DNA from: the human T2T-CHM13v2.0 reference genome, Homo sapiens | Reading direction: 5' to 3' (one strand) | Assembly (NCBI RefSeq): GCF_009914755.1 | Contig: NC_060927.1 | DNA: 64,000 nt | In this document: in pieces, positions 1 to 14,200 of the stretch | How the letters are laid out: each line of letters begins with the position of its first letter | Numbering within the stretch: the first letter of the stretch is position 1 | The notes under the pieces: generated by a model | What the model was told of the DNA's origin: nothing | Seen by the model: the letters and a program-made list of their open reading frames with translations, nothing else | The model's database searches: none | Made by a program: the position numbers and the translations under genes

Positions 1-630
1 CATTAAGTGCCAAAGTACACCAAATATATATTTTATTCTGTACATAAAATATCAAAGTACACCAGATATATATTCTATAGTGTACATAAAATATCAAAGT
101 ACCCAAACTATACATTATATACTGTACATAAAATATGAAATTACAGCAAATATATATTATATTAGGTACATAAAATATGAAAGTACATCAAATATAGATT
201 ATATACTCTACATTAAATACCAAAGTACCCCAAATATATATTTTATACTGTACATGAAATATCAAAGTTCACAAACTATATATTATATACTGTACATAAA
301 ATATCAATGTACCCAAGGTATATATTCTATACTGCACAAAAAATATCAAAGTACCCAAAGCATGTATTATATACTGTATATAAAATATGAAAGTACATCA
401 AATATATATTTTATTCTGTACATAAAATATCAAAGTACACCAGATATATATTCTATAGTGTACATAAAATATCAAAGTACCCAAACTATACATTATATAC
501 TGTACATAAAATATGAAATTACATCAAATATATATTATATTAGGTACATAAAATACGAAAGTACATCAAATATAGATTATATACTGTACATAAAATATGA
601 AAGTACCCCAATATATATTATATACTCTAC

Positions 631-1008
631 ATGAAATATCAAAGTTCACAAACTATATATTATGTACTGTACATAAAATATCAAAGTACCCAAGGTATAT
701 ATTCTATACTGTACAAAAAATATCAAAGTACCCAAAGCATGTATTATATAATGTACATAAAATATGAAAGTACATCAAATATATATTTTATTCTGTACAT
801 AAAATATCAAAGAACACCAGATATATATTCTATAGTGTACATAAAATATCAAAGTACCCAAACTATACATTATATACTGTACATAAAATATGAAATTACC
901 TCAAATATATATTATATTAGGTACATAAAATATGAAAGTACATCAAATATAGATTATATACTGTAAATATAATATCAATGTACCCCAAATATATATTTTA
1001 TACTCTAC
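631..1008 (+). repeat. Representative 378-bp 9-mer higher-order repeat unit (reiterated throughout the window)
   Basis: The landmark ATGAAATATCAAAGTTCACAAAC recurs at 631, 1009, 1387, 1764... (spacing 378, or 377/373 with small deletions). Nine distinguishable monomers occur in fixed order: AGTTCAC, CCAAGGT, AAAGCATG, TTTTATTCTG, CACCAGAT, CTATACAT, GAAATTAC..TAGG, ATAGATT, ACCCCAA. Confidence 0.95.
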
Positions 1009-4000
1009 ATGAAATATCAAAGTTCACAAACCATATATTATATACTCTACATAAAATATCAAAGTACCCAAGGTATATATTCTATACTGTACAAAAAATA
1101 TCAAAGTACCCAAAGCATGTATTATATACTGTACATAAAATATGAAAGTACATCAAATATATTTTTTATTCTGTACATAAAATATCAAAGTACACCAGAT
1201 ATATATTCTATAGTGTACATAAAATATCAAAGTACCCAAACTATACATTATATACTGTACATAAAATATGAAATTACATCAAATATATATTATATTAGGT
1301 ACATAAAATATGAAAGTACATCAAATATAGATTATATACTGTAAATATAATATCAATGTACCCCAAATATATATTTTATACTCTACATGAAATATCAAAG
1401 TTCACAAACCATATATTATATACTGTACATAAAATATCAAAGTACCCAAGGTATATATTCTATACTGTACAAAAAATATCAAAGTACCCAAAGCATGTAT
1501 TATATACTATACCTAAAATATGAAAGTACATCAAATATATATTTTATTCTGTACATAAAATATCAAAGTACACCAGATATATATTCTACAGTGTACATAA
1601 AATATCAAAGTACCCAAACTATACATTATATACTGTACATAAAATATGAAATTACATCAAATATATATTATATTAGGTACATAAAATACGAAAGTACATC
1701 AAATATAGCTTATATACTGTACATAAAATATCAAAGTACCCCAATATATATTATATACTGTACATGAAATATCAAAGTTCACAAACTATATATTATGTAC
1801 TGTACATAAAATATCAAAGTACCCAAGGTATATATTCTATACTGTACAAAAAATATCAAAGTACCCAAAGCATGTATTATATAATGTACATAAAATATGA
1901 AAGTACATCAAATATATATTTTATTCTGTACATAAAATATCAAAGTACACCAGATATATATTCTATAGCGTACATAAAATATCAAAGTACACAAACTATA
2001 CATTATATACTGTACATAAAATATGAAATTACATCAAATATATATTATATTAGGTAAATGAAATATGAAAGTACATCAAATATAGATTATATACTGTACA
2101 TAAAATATGAAAGTACACCAAATATATATTATATACTCTACATGAAATATCAAAGTTCACAAACTATATATTATATACTGTACATAAAATATCAAAGTAC
2201 CCAAGGTATATATTCTATACTGTACAAAAAATATCAAAGTATCCAAAGCATGTATTATATACTGTATATAAAATATGAAAGTACATCAAATATATATTTT
2301 ATTCTGTACATAAAATATCAAAGTACACCAGATATATATTCTATAGCGTACATAAAATATCAAAGTACACAAACTGTACATTATATACTGTACATAAAAT
2401 ATGAAATTACATCAAATATATATTATATTAGGTACATAAAATATGAAAGTACATCAAATATAGATTATATACTGTAAATATAATATCAATGTACCCCAAA
2501 TATATATTTTATACTCTACATGAAATATCAAAGTTCACAAACTATATATTATATACTGTACATAAAATATCAAAGTACCCAAGGTATATATTCTAAACTG
2601 TACAAAAAATATCAAAGTACCCAAAGCATGTATTATATACTGTACATAAAATAGGAAAGTACATCAAATATATATTTTATTCTGTACATAAAATATCAAA
2701 GTACACCAGATATATATTCTATAGTGTACATAAAATATCAAAGTACCCAAACTATACATTATATACTGTACATAAAATATGAAATTACATCAAATATATA
2801 TTATATTAGGTAAATGAAATATGAAAGTACATCAAATATAGATTATATACTGTACATAAAATATGAAAGTACCCCAAATATATATTATATACTCTACATG
2901 AAATATCAAAGTTCACAAACTATATATTATATACTGTACATAAAATATCAAAGTACCCAAGGTATATATTCTATACTGTACAAAAAATATCAAAGTATCC
3001 AAAGCATGTATTATATACTGTATATAAAATATGAAAGTACATCAAATATATATTTTATTCTGTACATAAAATATCAAAGTACACCAGATATATATTCTAT
3101 AGTGTACATAAAATATCAAAGTACCCAAACTATACATTATATACTGTACATAAAATATGAAATTACAGCAAATATATATTATATTAGGTACATAAAATAT
3201 GAAAGTACATCAAATATAGATTATATACTCTACATTAAATACCAAAGTACCCCAAATATATATTTTATACTGTACATGAAATATCAAAGTTCACAAACTA
3301 TATATTATATACTGTACATAAAATATGAATGTACCCAAGGTATATATTCTATACTGCACAAAAAATATCAAAGTACCCAAAGCATGTATTATATACTGTA
3401 TATAAAATATGAAAGTACATCAAATATATATTTTATTCTGTACATAAAATATCAAAGTACACCAGATATATATTCTATAGTGTACATAAAATATCAAAGT
3501 ACCCAAACTATACATTATATACTGTACATAAAATATGAAATTACATCAAATATATATTATATTAGGTACATAAAATACGAAAGTACATCAAATATAGATT
3601 ATATACTGTAAATATAATATCAATGTACCCCAAATATATATTTTATACTCTACATGAAATATCAAAGTTCACAAACCATATATTATATACTGTACATAAA
3701 ATATCAAAGTACAAAAGGTATATATTCTATACTGTAGAAAAAATATCAAAGTACCCAAAGCATGTATTATATACTATACCTAAAATATGAAAGTACATCA
3801 AATATATATTTTATTCTGTGCATAAAATATCAAAGTACACCAGATATATATTCTACAGTGTACATAAAATATCAAAGTACCCAAACTATACATTATATAC
3901 TGTACATAAAATATGAAATTACATCAAATATATATTATATTAGGTACATAAAATACGAAAGTACATCAAATATAGATTATATACTGTACATAAAATATCA

Positions 4001-6674
4001 AAGTACCCCAATATATATTATATACTGTACATGAAATATCAAAGTTCACAAACTATATATTATGTACTGTACATAAAATATCAAAGTACCGAAGGTATAT
4101 ATTCTATACTGTACAAAAAATATCAAAGTACCCAAAGCATGTATTATATAATGTACATAAAATATGAAAGTACATCAAATATATATTTTATTCTGTACAT
4201 AAAATATCAAAGTACACCAGATATATATTCTATAGCGTACATAAAATATCAAAGTACACAAACTATACATTATATACTGTACATAAAATATGAAATTACA
4301 TCAAATATATATTATATTAGGTAAATGAAATATGAAAGTACATCAAATATAGATTATATACTGTACATAAAATATGAAAGTACCCCAAATATATATTATA
4401 TACTCTACATGAAATATCAAAGTTCACAAACTATATATTATATACTGTACATAAAATATCAAAGTACCCAAGGTATATATTCTATACTGTACAAAAAATA
4501 TCAAAGTATCCAAAGCATGTATTATATACTGTGTATAAAATATGAAAGTACATCAAATATATATTTTATTCTGTACATAAAATATCAAAGTACACCAGAT
4601 ATATATTCTATAGCGTACATAAAATATCAAAGTACACAAACTATACATTATATACTGTACATAAAATATGAAATTACATCAAATATATATTATATTAGGT
4701 ACATAAAATATGAAAGTACATCAAATATAGATTATATACTGTACATATAATATCAATGTACCCCAAATATATATTTTATACTCTACATGAAATATCAAAG
4801 TTCACAAACCATATATTATATACTGTACATAAAATATCAAAGTACCCAAGGTATATATTCTATACTGTACAAAAAATATCAAAGTACCCAAAGCATGTAT
4901 TATATACTGTACATAAAATATGAAAGTACATCAAATATATATTTTATTCTGTACATAAAGTATCAAAGTACACCAGATATATATTCTATAGTGTAGATAA
5001 AATATCAAAGTACCCAAATTATACATTATATACTGTACATAAAATATGAAATTACATCAAATATATATTATATTAGGTAAATGAAATATGAAAGTACATC
5101 AAATATAGATTATATACTGTACATAAAATATGAAAGTACCCCAAATATATATTATATACTCTACATGAAATATCAAAGTTCACAAACTATATATTATATA
5201 CTGTACATAAAATATCAAAGTACCCAAGGTATATATTCTATACTGTACAAAAAATATCAAAGTATCCAAAGCATGTATTATATACTGTATATAAAATATG
5301 AAAGTACATCAAATATATATTTTATTCTGTACATAAAATATCAAAGTACACCAGATATATATTCTATAGTGTACATAAAATATCAAAGTACCCAAACTAT
5401 ACATTATATACTGTACATAAAATATGAAATTACAGCAAATATATATTATATTAGGTACATAAAATATGAAAGTACATCAAATATAGATTATATACTCTAC
5501 ATTAAATACCAAAGTACCCCAAATATATATTTTATACTGTACATGAAATATCAAAGTTCACAAACTATATATTATATACTGTACATAAAATATCAATGTA
5601 CCCAAGGTATATATTTTATACTGCACAAAAAATATCAAAGTACCCAAAGCATGTATTATATACTGTATATAAAATATGAAAGTACATCAAATATATATTT
5701 TATTCTGTACATAAAATATCAAAGTACACCAGATATATATTCTATAGTGTACATAAAATATCAAAGTACCCAAACTATACATTATATACTGTACATAAAA
5801 TATGAAATTACATCAAATATATATTATATTAGGTACATAAAATACGAAAGTACATCAAATATAGATTATATACTGTACATAAAATATGAAAGTACCCCAA
5901 TATATATTATATACTCTACATGAAATATCAAAGTTCACAAACTATATATTATGTAGTGTACATAAAATATCAAACTACCCAAGGTATATATTCTATACTG
6001 TACAAAAAATATCAAAGTACCCAAAGCATGTATTATATAATGTACATAAAATATGAAAGTACATCAAATATATATTTTATTCTGTACATAAAATATCAAA
6101 GAACACCAGATATATATTCTATAGTGTACATAAAATATCAAAGTACCCAAACTATACATTATATACTGTACATAAAATATGAAATTACAGCAAATATATA
6201 TTATATTAGGTACATAAAATATGAAAGTACATCAAATATAGATTATATACTGTACATTAAATACCAAAGTACCCCAAATATATATTTTATACTGTACATG
6301 AAATATCAAAGTTCACAAACTATATATTATATACTGTACATAAAATATCAATGTACCCAAGGTATATATTCTATACTGCACAAAAAATATCAAAGTACCC
6401 AAAGCATGTATTATATACTGTATATAAAATATGAAAGTACATCAAATATATATTTTATTCTGTACATAAAATATCAAAGTACACCAGATATATATTCTAT
6501 AGTGTACATAAAATATCAAAGTACCCAAACTATACATTATATACTGTACATAAAATATGAAATTACATGAAATATATATTATATTAGGTACATAAAATAC
6601 GAAAGTACATCAAATATAGATTATATACTGTACATAAAATATCAAAGTACCCCAATATATATTATATACTGTAC

Positions 6675-7210
6675 ATGAAATATCAAAGTTCACAAACTAT
6701 ATATTATGTACTGTACATAAAATATCAAAGTACCCAAGGTATATATTCTATACTGTACAAAAAATATCAAAGTACCCAAAGCATGTATTATATAATGTAC
6801 ATAAAATATGAAAGTACATCAAATATATATTTTATTCTGTACATAAAATATCAAAGAACACCAGATATATATTCTATAGTGTACATAAAATATCAAAGTA
6901 CCCAAACTATACATTATATACTGTACATAAAATATGAAATTACATCATATATATATTAGGTACATAAAATATGAAAGCACATCAAATATATATTTTATTC
7001 TGTACATAAAATATCAAAGTACACCAGATATATATTTTATAGTGTACATAAAATAACAAAGTACACAAACTATAAATTATATACTGTACATAAAATATGA
7101 AATTACATCAAATATATATTAGGTACATAAAATATGAAAGTACATCAAATATAGATTATATACTGTACATATAATATCAATGTACCCGAAATATATATTT
7201 TATACTCTAC
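6675..7210 (+). repeat. 13-mer HOR variant (536 bp); further copies start at 11742, 14161, 16580, 41565, 46632, 55127
   Basis: Landmark spacing is 536 = 13x42-10. Monomers 4-7 are internally repeated and both copies of monomer 7 carry the 5-bp deletion. The unit is always followed by the HOR bearing TATTGTATACTGCAC and AAAGCAGG. Confidence 0.88.
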
Positions 7211-10200
7211 ATGAAATATCAAAGTTCACAAACCATATATTGTATACTGCACATAAAATATCAAAATACCCAAGGTATATATTCTATACTGTACAAAAAA
7301 TATCAAAGTACCCAAAGCAGGTATTATATACTGTACATAAAATATGAAAGTACATCAAATATATATTTTATTCTGTACATAAAATATCAAAGTACACCAG
7401 ATATATATTCTATAGCGTACATAAAATATCAAAGTACACAAACTATACATTATATACTGTACATAAAATATGAAATTACATCAAATATATATTATATTAG
7501 GTACATAAAATATGAAAGTACATCAAATATAGATTATATACTGTAAATATAATATCAATGTACCCCAAATATATATTTTATACTCTACATGAAATATCAA
7601 AGTTCACAAACCATATATTATATACTGTACATAAAATATCAAAGTACCCAAGGTATATATTCTATACTGTACAAAAAATATCAAAGTATCCAAAGCATGT
7701 ATTATATACTGTACATAAAATATGAAAGTACATCAAATATATATTTTATTCTGTACATAAAATATCAAAGTACACCAGATATATATTCTATAGTGTACAT
7801 AAAATATCAAAGTACCCAAACTATACATTATATACTGTACATAAAATATGAAATTACATTAAATATATATTATATTAGGTAAATGAAATATGAAAGTACA
7901 TCAAATATAGATTATATACTGTACATAAAATATGAAACTACCCCAAATATATATTATATACTCTACATGAAATATCAAAGTTCACAAACTATATATTATA
8001 TACTGTCCATAAAATATCAAAGTACCCAAGGTATATATTTTATACTGTACAAAAAATATCAAAGTACCCAAAGCATGTATTATATACTATACCTAAAATA
8101 TGAAAGTACATCAAATATATATGTTTTATTCTGTACATAAAATATCAAAGTACACCAGATATATATTCTACAGTGTATATAAAATATCAAAGTACCCAAA
8201 CTATACATTATATACTGTACATAAAATATGAAATTACATCAAATATATATTATATTAGGTACATAAAATATGAAAGTACATGAAGTATAGATTATATACT
8301 GTACATAAAATATCAAAGTACCCCAAATTTATATTATATACTATACATGAAATATCAAAGTTCACAAACTATATATTATATACTGTACATAAAATATCAA
8401 AGTACCCAAGGTATATATTCTATAGTGTACAAAAAATATCAAAGTACCCAAAGCATGTATTATATACCGTACGTAAAATATAAAATTACATCAAATATAT
8501 ATTTTATTCTGTACATAAAATATCAAAGTACACCAGATATATATACTATAGTGTACATAAAATATCAAAGTACCCAAACTATACATTATACACTGCACAT
8601 AAAATATGAAATTACATCAAATATATATTAGGTACATAAAATATGAAAGTACATCAAATATAGATTATATACTGTAAATATAATATCAATGTACCCCAAA
8701 TATATATTTTATACTCTACATGAAATATCAAAGTTCACAAACCATATATTATATACTGTACATAAAATATCAAAGTACCCAAGGTATATATTCTATACTG
8801 TACAAAAAATATCAAAGTACCCAAAGCATGTATTATATACTGTACATAAAATATGAAAGTACATCAAATATATATTTTATTCTGTACATAAAATATCAAA
8901 GTACACCAGATATATATTCTATAGTGTACATAAAATATCAAAGTACCCAAACTATACATTATATACTGTACATAAAATATGAAATTACATCAAATATATA
9001 TTATATTAGGTACATGAAATTTGAAAGTACATCAAATATAGATTATATACTGTACATAAAATATGAAAGTACCCCAAATATATATTATATACTCTACATG
9101 AAATATCAAAGTTCACAAACTATATATTATATACTGTCCATAAAATCTCAAAGTACCCAAGGTATATATTCTATACTGTACAAAAAATATCAAAGTATCC
9201 AAAGCATGTATTATATACTGTATATAAAATATGAAAGTACATCAAATATATATTTTATTCTGTACATAAAATATCAAAGTACACCAGATATATATTCTAT
9301 AGTGTACATAAAATATCAAAGTACCCAAACTATACATTATATACTGTACATAAAATATGAAATTACAGCAAATATATATTATATTAGGTACATAAAATAT
9401 GAAAGTACATCAAATATAGATTATATACTGTACATTAAATACCAAAGTACCCCAAATATATATTTTATACTGTACATGAAATATCAAAGTTCACAAACTA
9501 TATATTATATACTGTACATAAAATATCAATGTACCCAAGGTATATATTCTATACTGCACAAAAAATATCAAAGTACCCAAAGCATGTATTATATACTGTA
9601 TATAAAATATGAAAGTACATCAAATATATATTTTATTCTGTACATAAACTATCAAAGTACACCAGATATATATTCTATAGTGTACATAAAATATCAAAGT
9701 ACCCAAACTATACATTATATACTGTACATAAAATATGAAATTACATCAAATATATATTATATTAGGTACATAAAATATGAAAGTACATCAAATATAGATT
9801 ATATACTGTACATAAAATATCAAAGTACCCCAATATATATTATATACTGTACATGAAATATCAAAGTTCACAAACTATATATTATGTACTGTACATAAAA
9901 TATCAAAGTACCCAAGGTATATATTCTATACTGTACAAAAAATATCAAAGTACCCAAAGCATGTATTATATAATGTACATAAAATATGAAAGTACATCAA
10001 ATATATATTTTATTCTGTACATAAAATATCAAAGTACACCAGATATATATTCTATAGCGTACATAAAATATCAAAGTACACAAACTATACATTATATACT
10101 GTACATAAAATATGAAATTACATCAAATATATATTATATTAGGTAAATGAAATATGAAAGTACATCAAATATAGATTATATACTGTACATAAAATATGAA

Positions 10201-11299
10201 AGTTCCTCAAATATATATTATATACTCTACATGAAATATCAAAGTTCACAAACTATATATTATATACTGTACATAAAATATCAAAGTACCCAAGGTATAT
10301 ATTCTATACTGTACAAAAAATATCAAAGTATCCAAAGCATGTATTATATACTGTATATAAAATATGAAAGTACATCAAATATATATTTTATTCTGTACAT
10401 AAAATATCAAAGTACACCAGATATATATTCTATAGCGTACATAAAATATCAAAGTACACAAACTATACATTATATACTGTACATAAAATATGAAATTACA
10501 TCAAATATATATTATATTAGGTACATAAAATATGAAAGTACATCAAATATAGATTATATACTGTAAATATAATATCAATGTACCCCAAATATATATTTTA
10601 TACTCTACATGAAATATCAAAGTTCACAAACCATATATTATATACTGTACATAAAATATCAAAGTACCCAAGGTATATATTCTATACTGTACAAAAAATA
10701 TCAAAGTACCCAAAGCATGTATTATATACTGTACATAAAATATGAAAGTACATCAAATATATATTTTATTCTGTACATAAAATATCAAAGTACACCAGAT
10801 ATATATTCTATAGTGTACATAAAATATCAAAGTACCCAAACTATACATTATATACTGTACATAAAATATGAAATTACATCAAATATATATTATATTAGGT
10901 AAATGAAATATGAAAGTACATCAAATATAGATTATATACTGTACATAAAATATGAAAGTACCCCAAATATATATTATATACTCTACATGAAATATCAAAG
11001 TTCACAAACTATATATTATATACTGTACATAAAATATCAAAGTACCCAAGGTATATATTCTATACTGTACAAAAAATATCAAAGTATCCAAAGCATGTAT
11101 TATATACTGTATATAAAATATGAAAGTACATCAAATATATATTTTATTCTGTACATAAAATATCAAAGTACACCAGATATATATTCTATAGTGTACATAA
11201 AATATCAAAGTACCCAAGCTATACATTATATACTGTACATAAAATATGAAATTACAGCAAATATATATTATATTAGGTACATAAAATATGAAAGTACAT

Positions 11300-14200
11300 C
11301 AAATATAGATTATAAACTGTACATTAAATACCAAAGTACCCCAAATATATATTTTATACTGTACATGAAATATCAAAGTTCACAAACTATATATTATATA
11401 CTGTACATAAAATATCAATGTACCCAAGGTATATATTCTATACTGCACAAAAAATATCAAAGTACCCAAAGCATGTATTATATACTGTATATAAAATATG
11501 AAAGTACATCAAATATATATTTTATTCTGTACATAAAATATCAAAGTACACCAGATATATATTCTAATGTGTACATAAAATATCAAAGTACCCAAACTAT
11601 ACATTATATACTGTACATAAAATATGAAATTACATCAAATATATATTATATTAGGTACATAAAATACAAAAGTACATCAAATATAGATTATATACTGTAC
11701 ATAAAATATCAAAGTACCCCAATATATATTATATACTGTACATGAAATATCAAAGTTCACAAACTATATATTATGTACTGTACATAAAATATCAAAGTAC
11801 CCAAGGTATATATTCTATACTGTACAAAAAATATCAAAGTACCCAAAGCATGTATTATATAATGTACATAAAATATGGAAGTACATCAAATATATATTTT
11901 ATTCTGTACATAAAATATCAAAGAACACCAGACATATATTCTATAGTGTACATAAAATATCAAAGTACCCAAACTATACATTATATACTGTACATAAAAT
12001 ATGAAATTACATCATATATATATTAGGTACATAAAATATGAAAGTACATCAAATATATATTTTATTCTGTACATAAAATATCAAAGTACACCAGATATAT
12101 ATTCTATAGTGTACATAAAATAACAAAGTACACAAACTATAAATTATATACTGTACATAAAATATGAAATTACATCAAATATATATTAGGTACATAAAAT
12201 ATGAAAGTACATCAAATATAGATTATATACTGTACATATAATATCAATGTACCCGAAATATATATTTTATACTCTACATGAAATATCAAAGTTCACAAAC
12301 CATATATTGTATACTGCACATAAAATATCAAAATACCCAATGTATATATTCTATACTGTACAAAAAATATCAAAGTACCCAAAGCAGGTATTATATACTG
12401 TACATAAAATATGAAAGTACATCAAATATATATTTTATTCTGTACATAAAATATCAAAGTACACCAGATATATATTCTATAGTGTACATAAAATATCAAA
12501 GTACCCAAACTATACATTATATACTGTACATAAAATATGAAATTACATCAAATATATATTATATTAGGTACATAAAATACGAAAGTACATCAAATATAGA
12601 TTATATACTGTACATAAAATATCAAAGTACCCCAATATATATTATATACTGTATATGAAATATCAAAGTTCACAAACTATATATTATATACTGTACATAA
12701 AATATCAAAGTACCCAAGGTATATATTCTATAGTGTACAAAAAATATCAAAGTACCCAAAGCATGTATTATATACCGTACATAAAATATAAAATTACATC
12801 AAATATATATTTTATTCTGTACATAAAATATCAAAGTACACCAGATATATATTCTATAGTGTACATAAAATATCAAAGTACCCAAACTATACATTATACA
12901 CTGTACATAAAATATGAAATTACATCAAATATATATTCGGTACATAAAATATGAAAGTACATCAAATATAGATTATATACTGTAAATATAATATCAATGT
13001 ACCCCAAATATATATTTTATACTCTACATGAAATATCAAAGTTCACAAACCATATATTATATACTGTACATAAAATATCAAAGTACCCAAGGTATATATT
13101 CTATACTGTACAAAAAATATCAAAGTACCCAAAGCATGTATTATATACTGTACATAAAATATGAAAGTACATCAAATATATATTTTATTCTGTACATAAA
13201 ATATCAAAGTACACCAGATTTATATTCTATAGTGTACATAAAATATCAAAGTACCCAAACTATACATTATATACTGTACATAAAATATGAAATTACATCA
13301 AATATATATTATATTAGGTACATGAAATATGAAAGAACATCAAATATAGATTATATACTGTACATAAAATATGAAAGTACCCCAAATATATATTATATAC
13401 TCTACATGAAATATCAAAGTTCACCAACTATATATTATATACTGTACATAAAATATCAAAGTACCCAAGGTATATATTCTATACTGTACAAAAAATATCA
13501 AAGTATCCAAAGCATGTATTATATACTGTATATAAAATATGAAAGTACATCAAATATATATTTTATTCTGTACATAAAATATCAAAGTACACCAGATATA
13601 TATTCTATAGTGTACATAAAATATCAAAGTCCCCAAACTATACATTATATACTGTACATAAAATATGAAATTACAGCAAATATATATTATATTAGGTACA
13701 TAAAATATGAAAGTACATCAAATATAGATTATATACTGTACATTAAATACCAAAGTACCCCAAATATATATTTTATACTGTACATGAAATATCAAAGTTC
13801 ACAAACTATATATTATATACTGTACATAAAATATCAATGTACCCAAGGTATATATTCTATACTGCACAAAAAATATCAAAGTACCCAAAGCATGTATTAT
13901 ATACTGTATATAAAATATGAAAGTACATCAAATATATATTTTATTCTGTACATAAAATATCAAAGTACACCAGATATATATTCTAATGTGTACATAAAAT
14001 ATCAAAGTACCCAAACTATACATTATATACTGTACATAAAATATGAAATTACATCAAATATATATTATATTAGGTACATAAAATACGAAAGTACATCAAA
14101 TATAGATTATATACTGTACATAAAATATCAAAGTACCCCAATATATATTATATACTGTACATGAAATATCAAAGTTCACAAACTATATATTATATACTGT

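Noticed and set aside
111-135. Hairpins or terminators from short palindromes (TGTACA, ATATAT) and TATA-like promoter boxes
   Set aside because: Only 4-8 bp AT-rich palindromes expected from composition; no stable stem or promoter context.
805-840. Steroid-receptor response elements suggested by AGAACA/AGTACA/TGTAC half-sites
   Set aside because: Half-sites are not arranged as inverted repeats with a 3-bp spacer.
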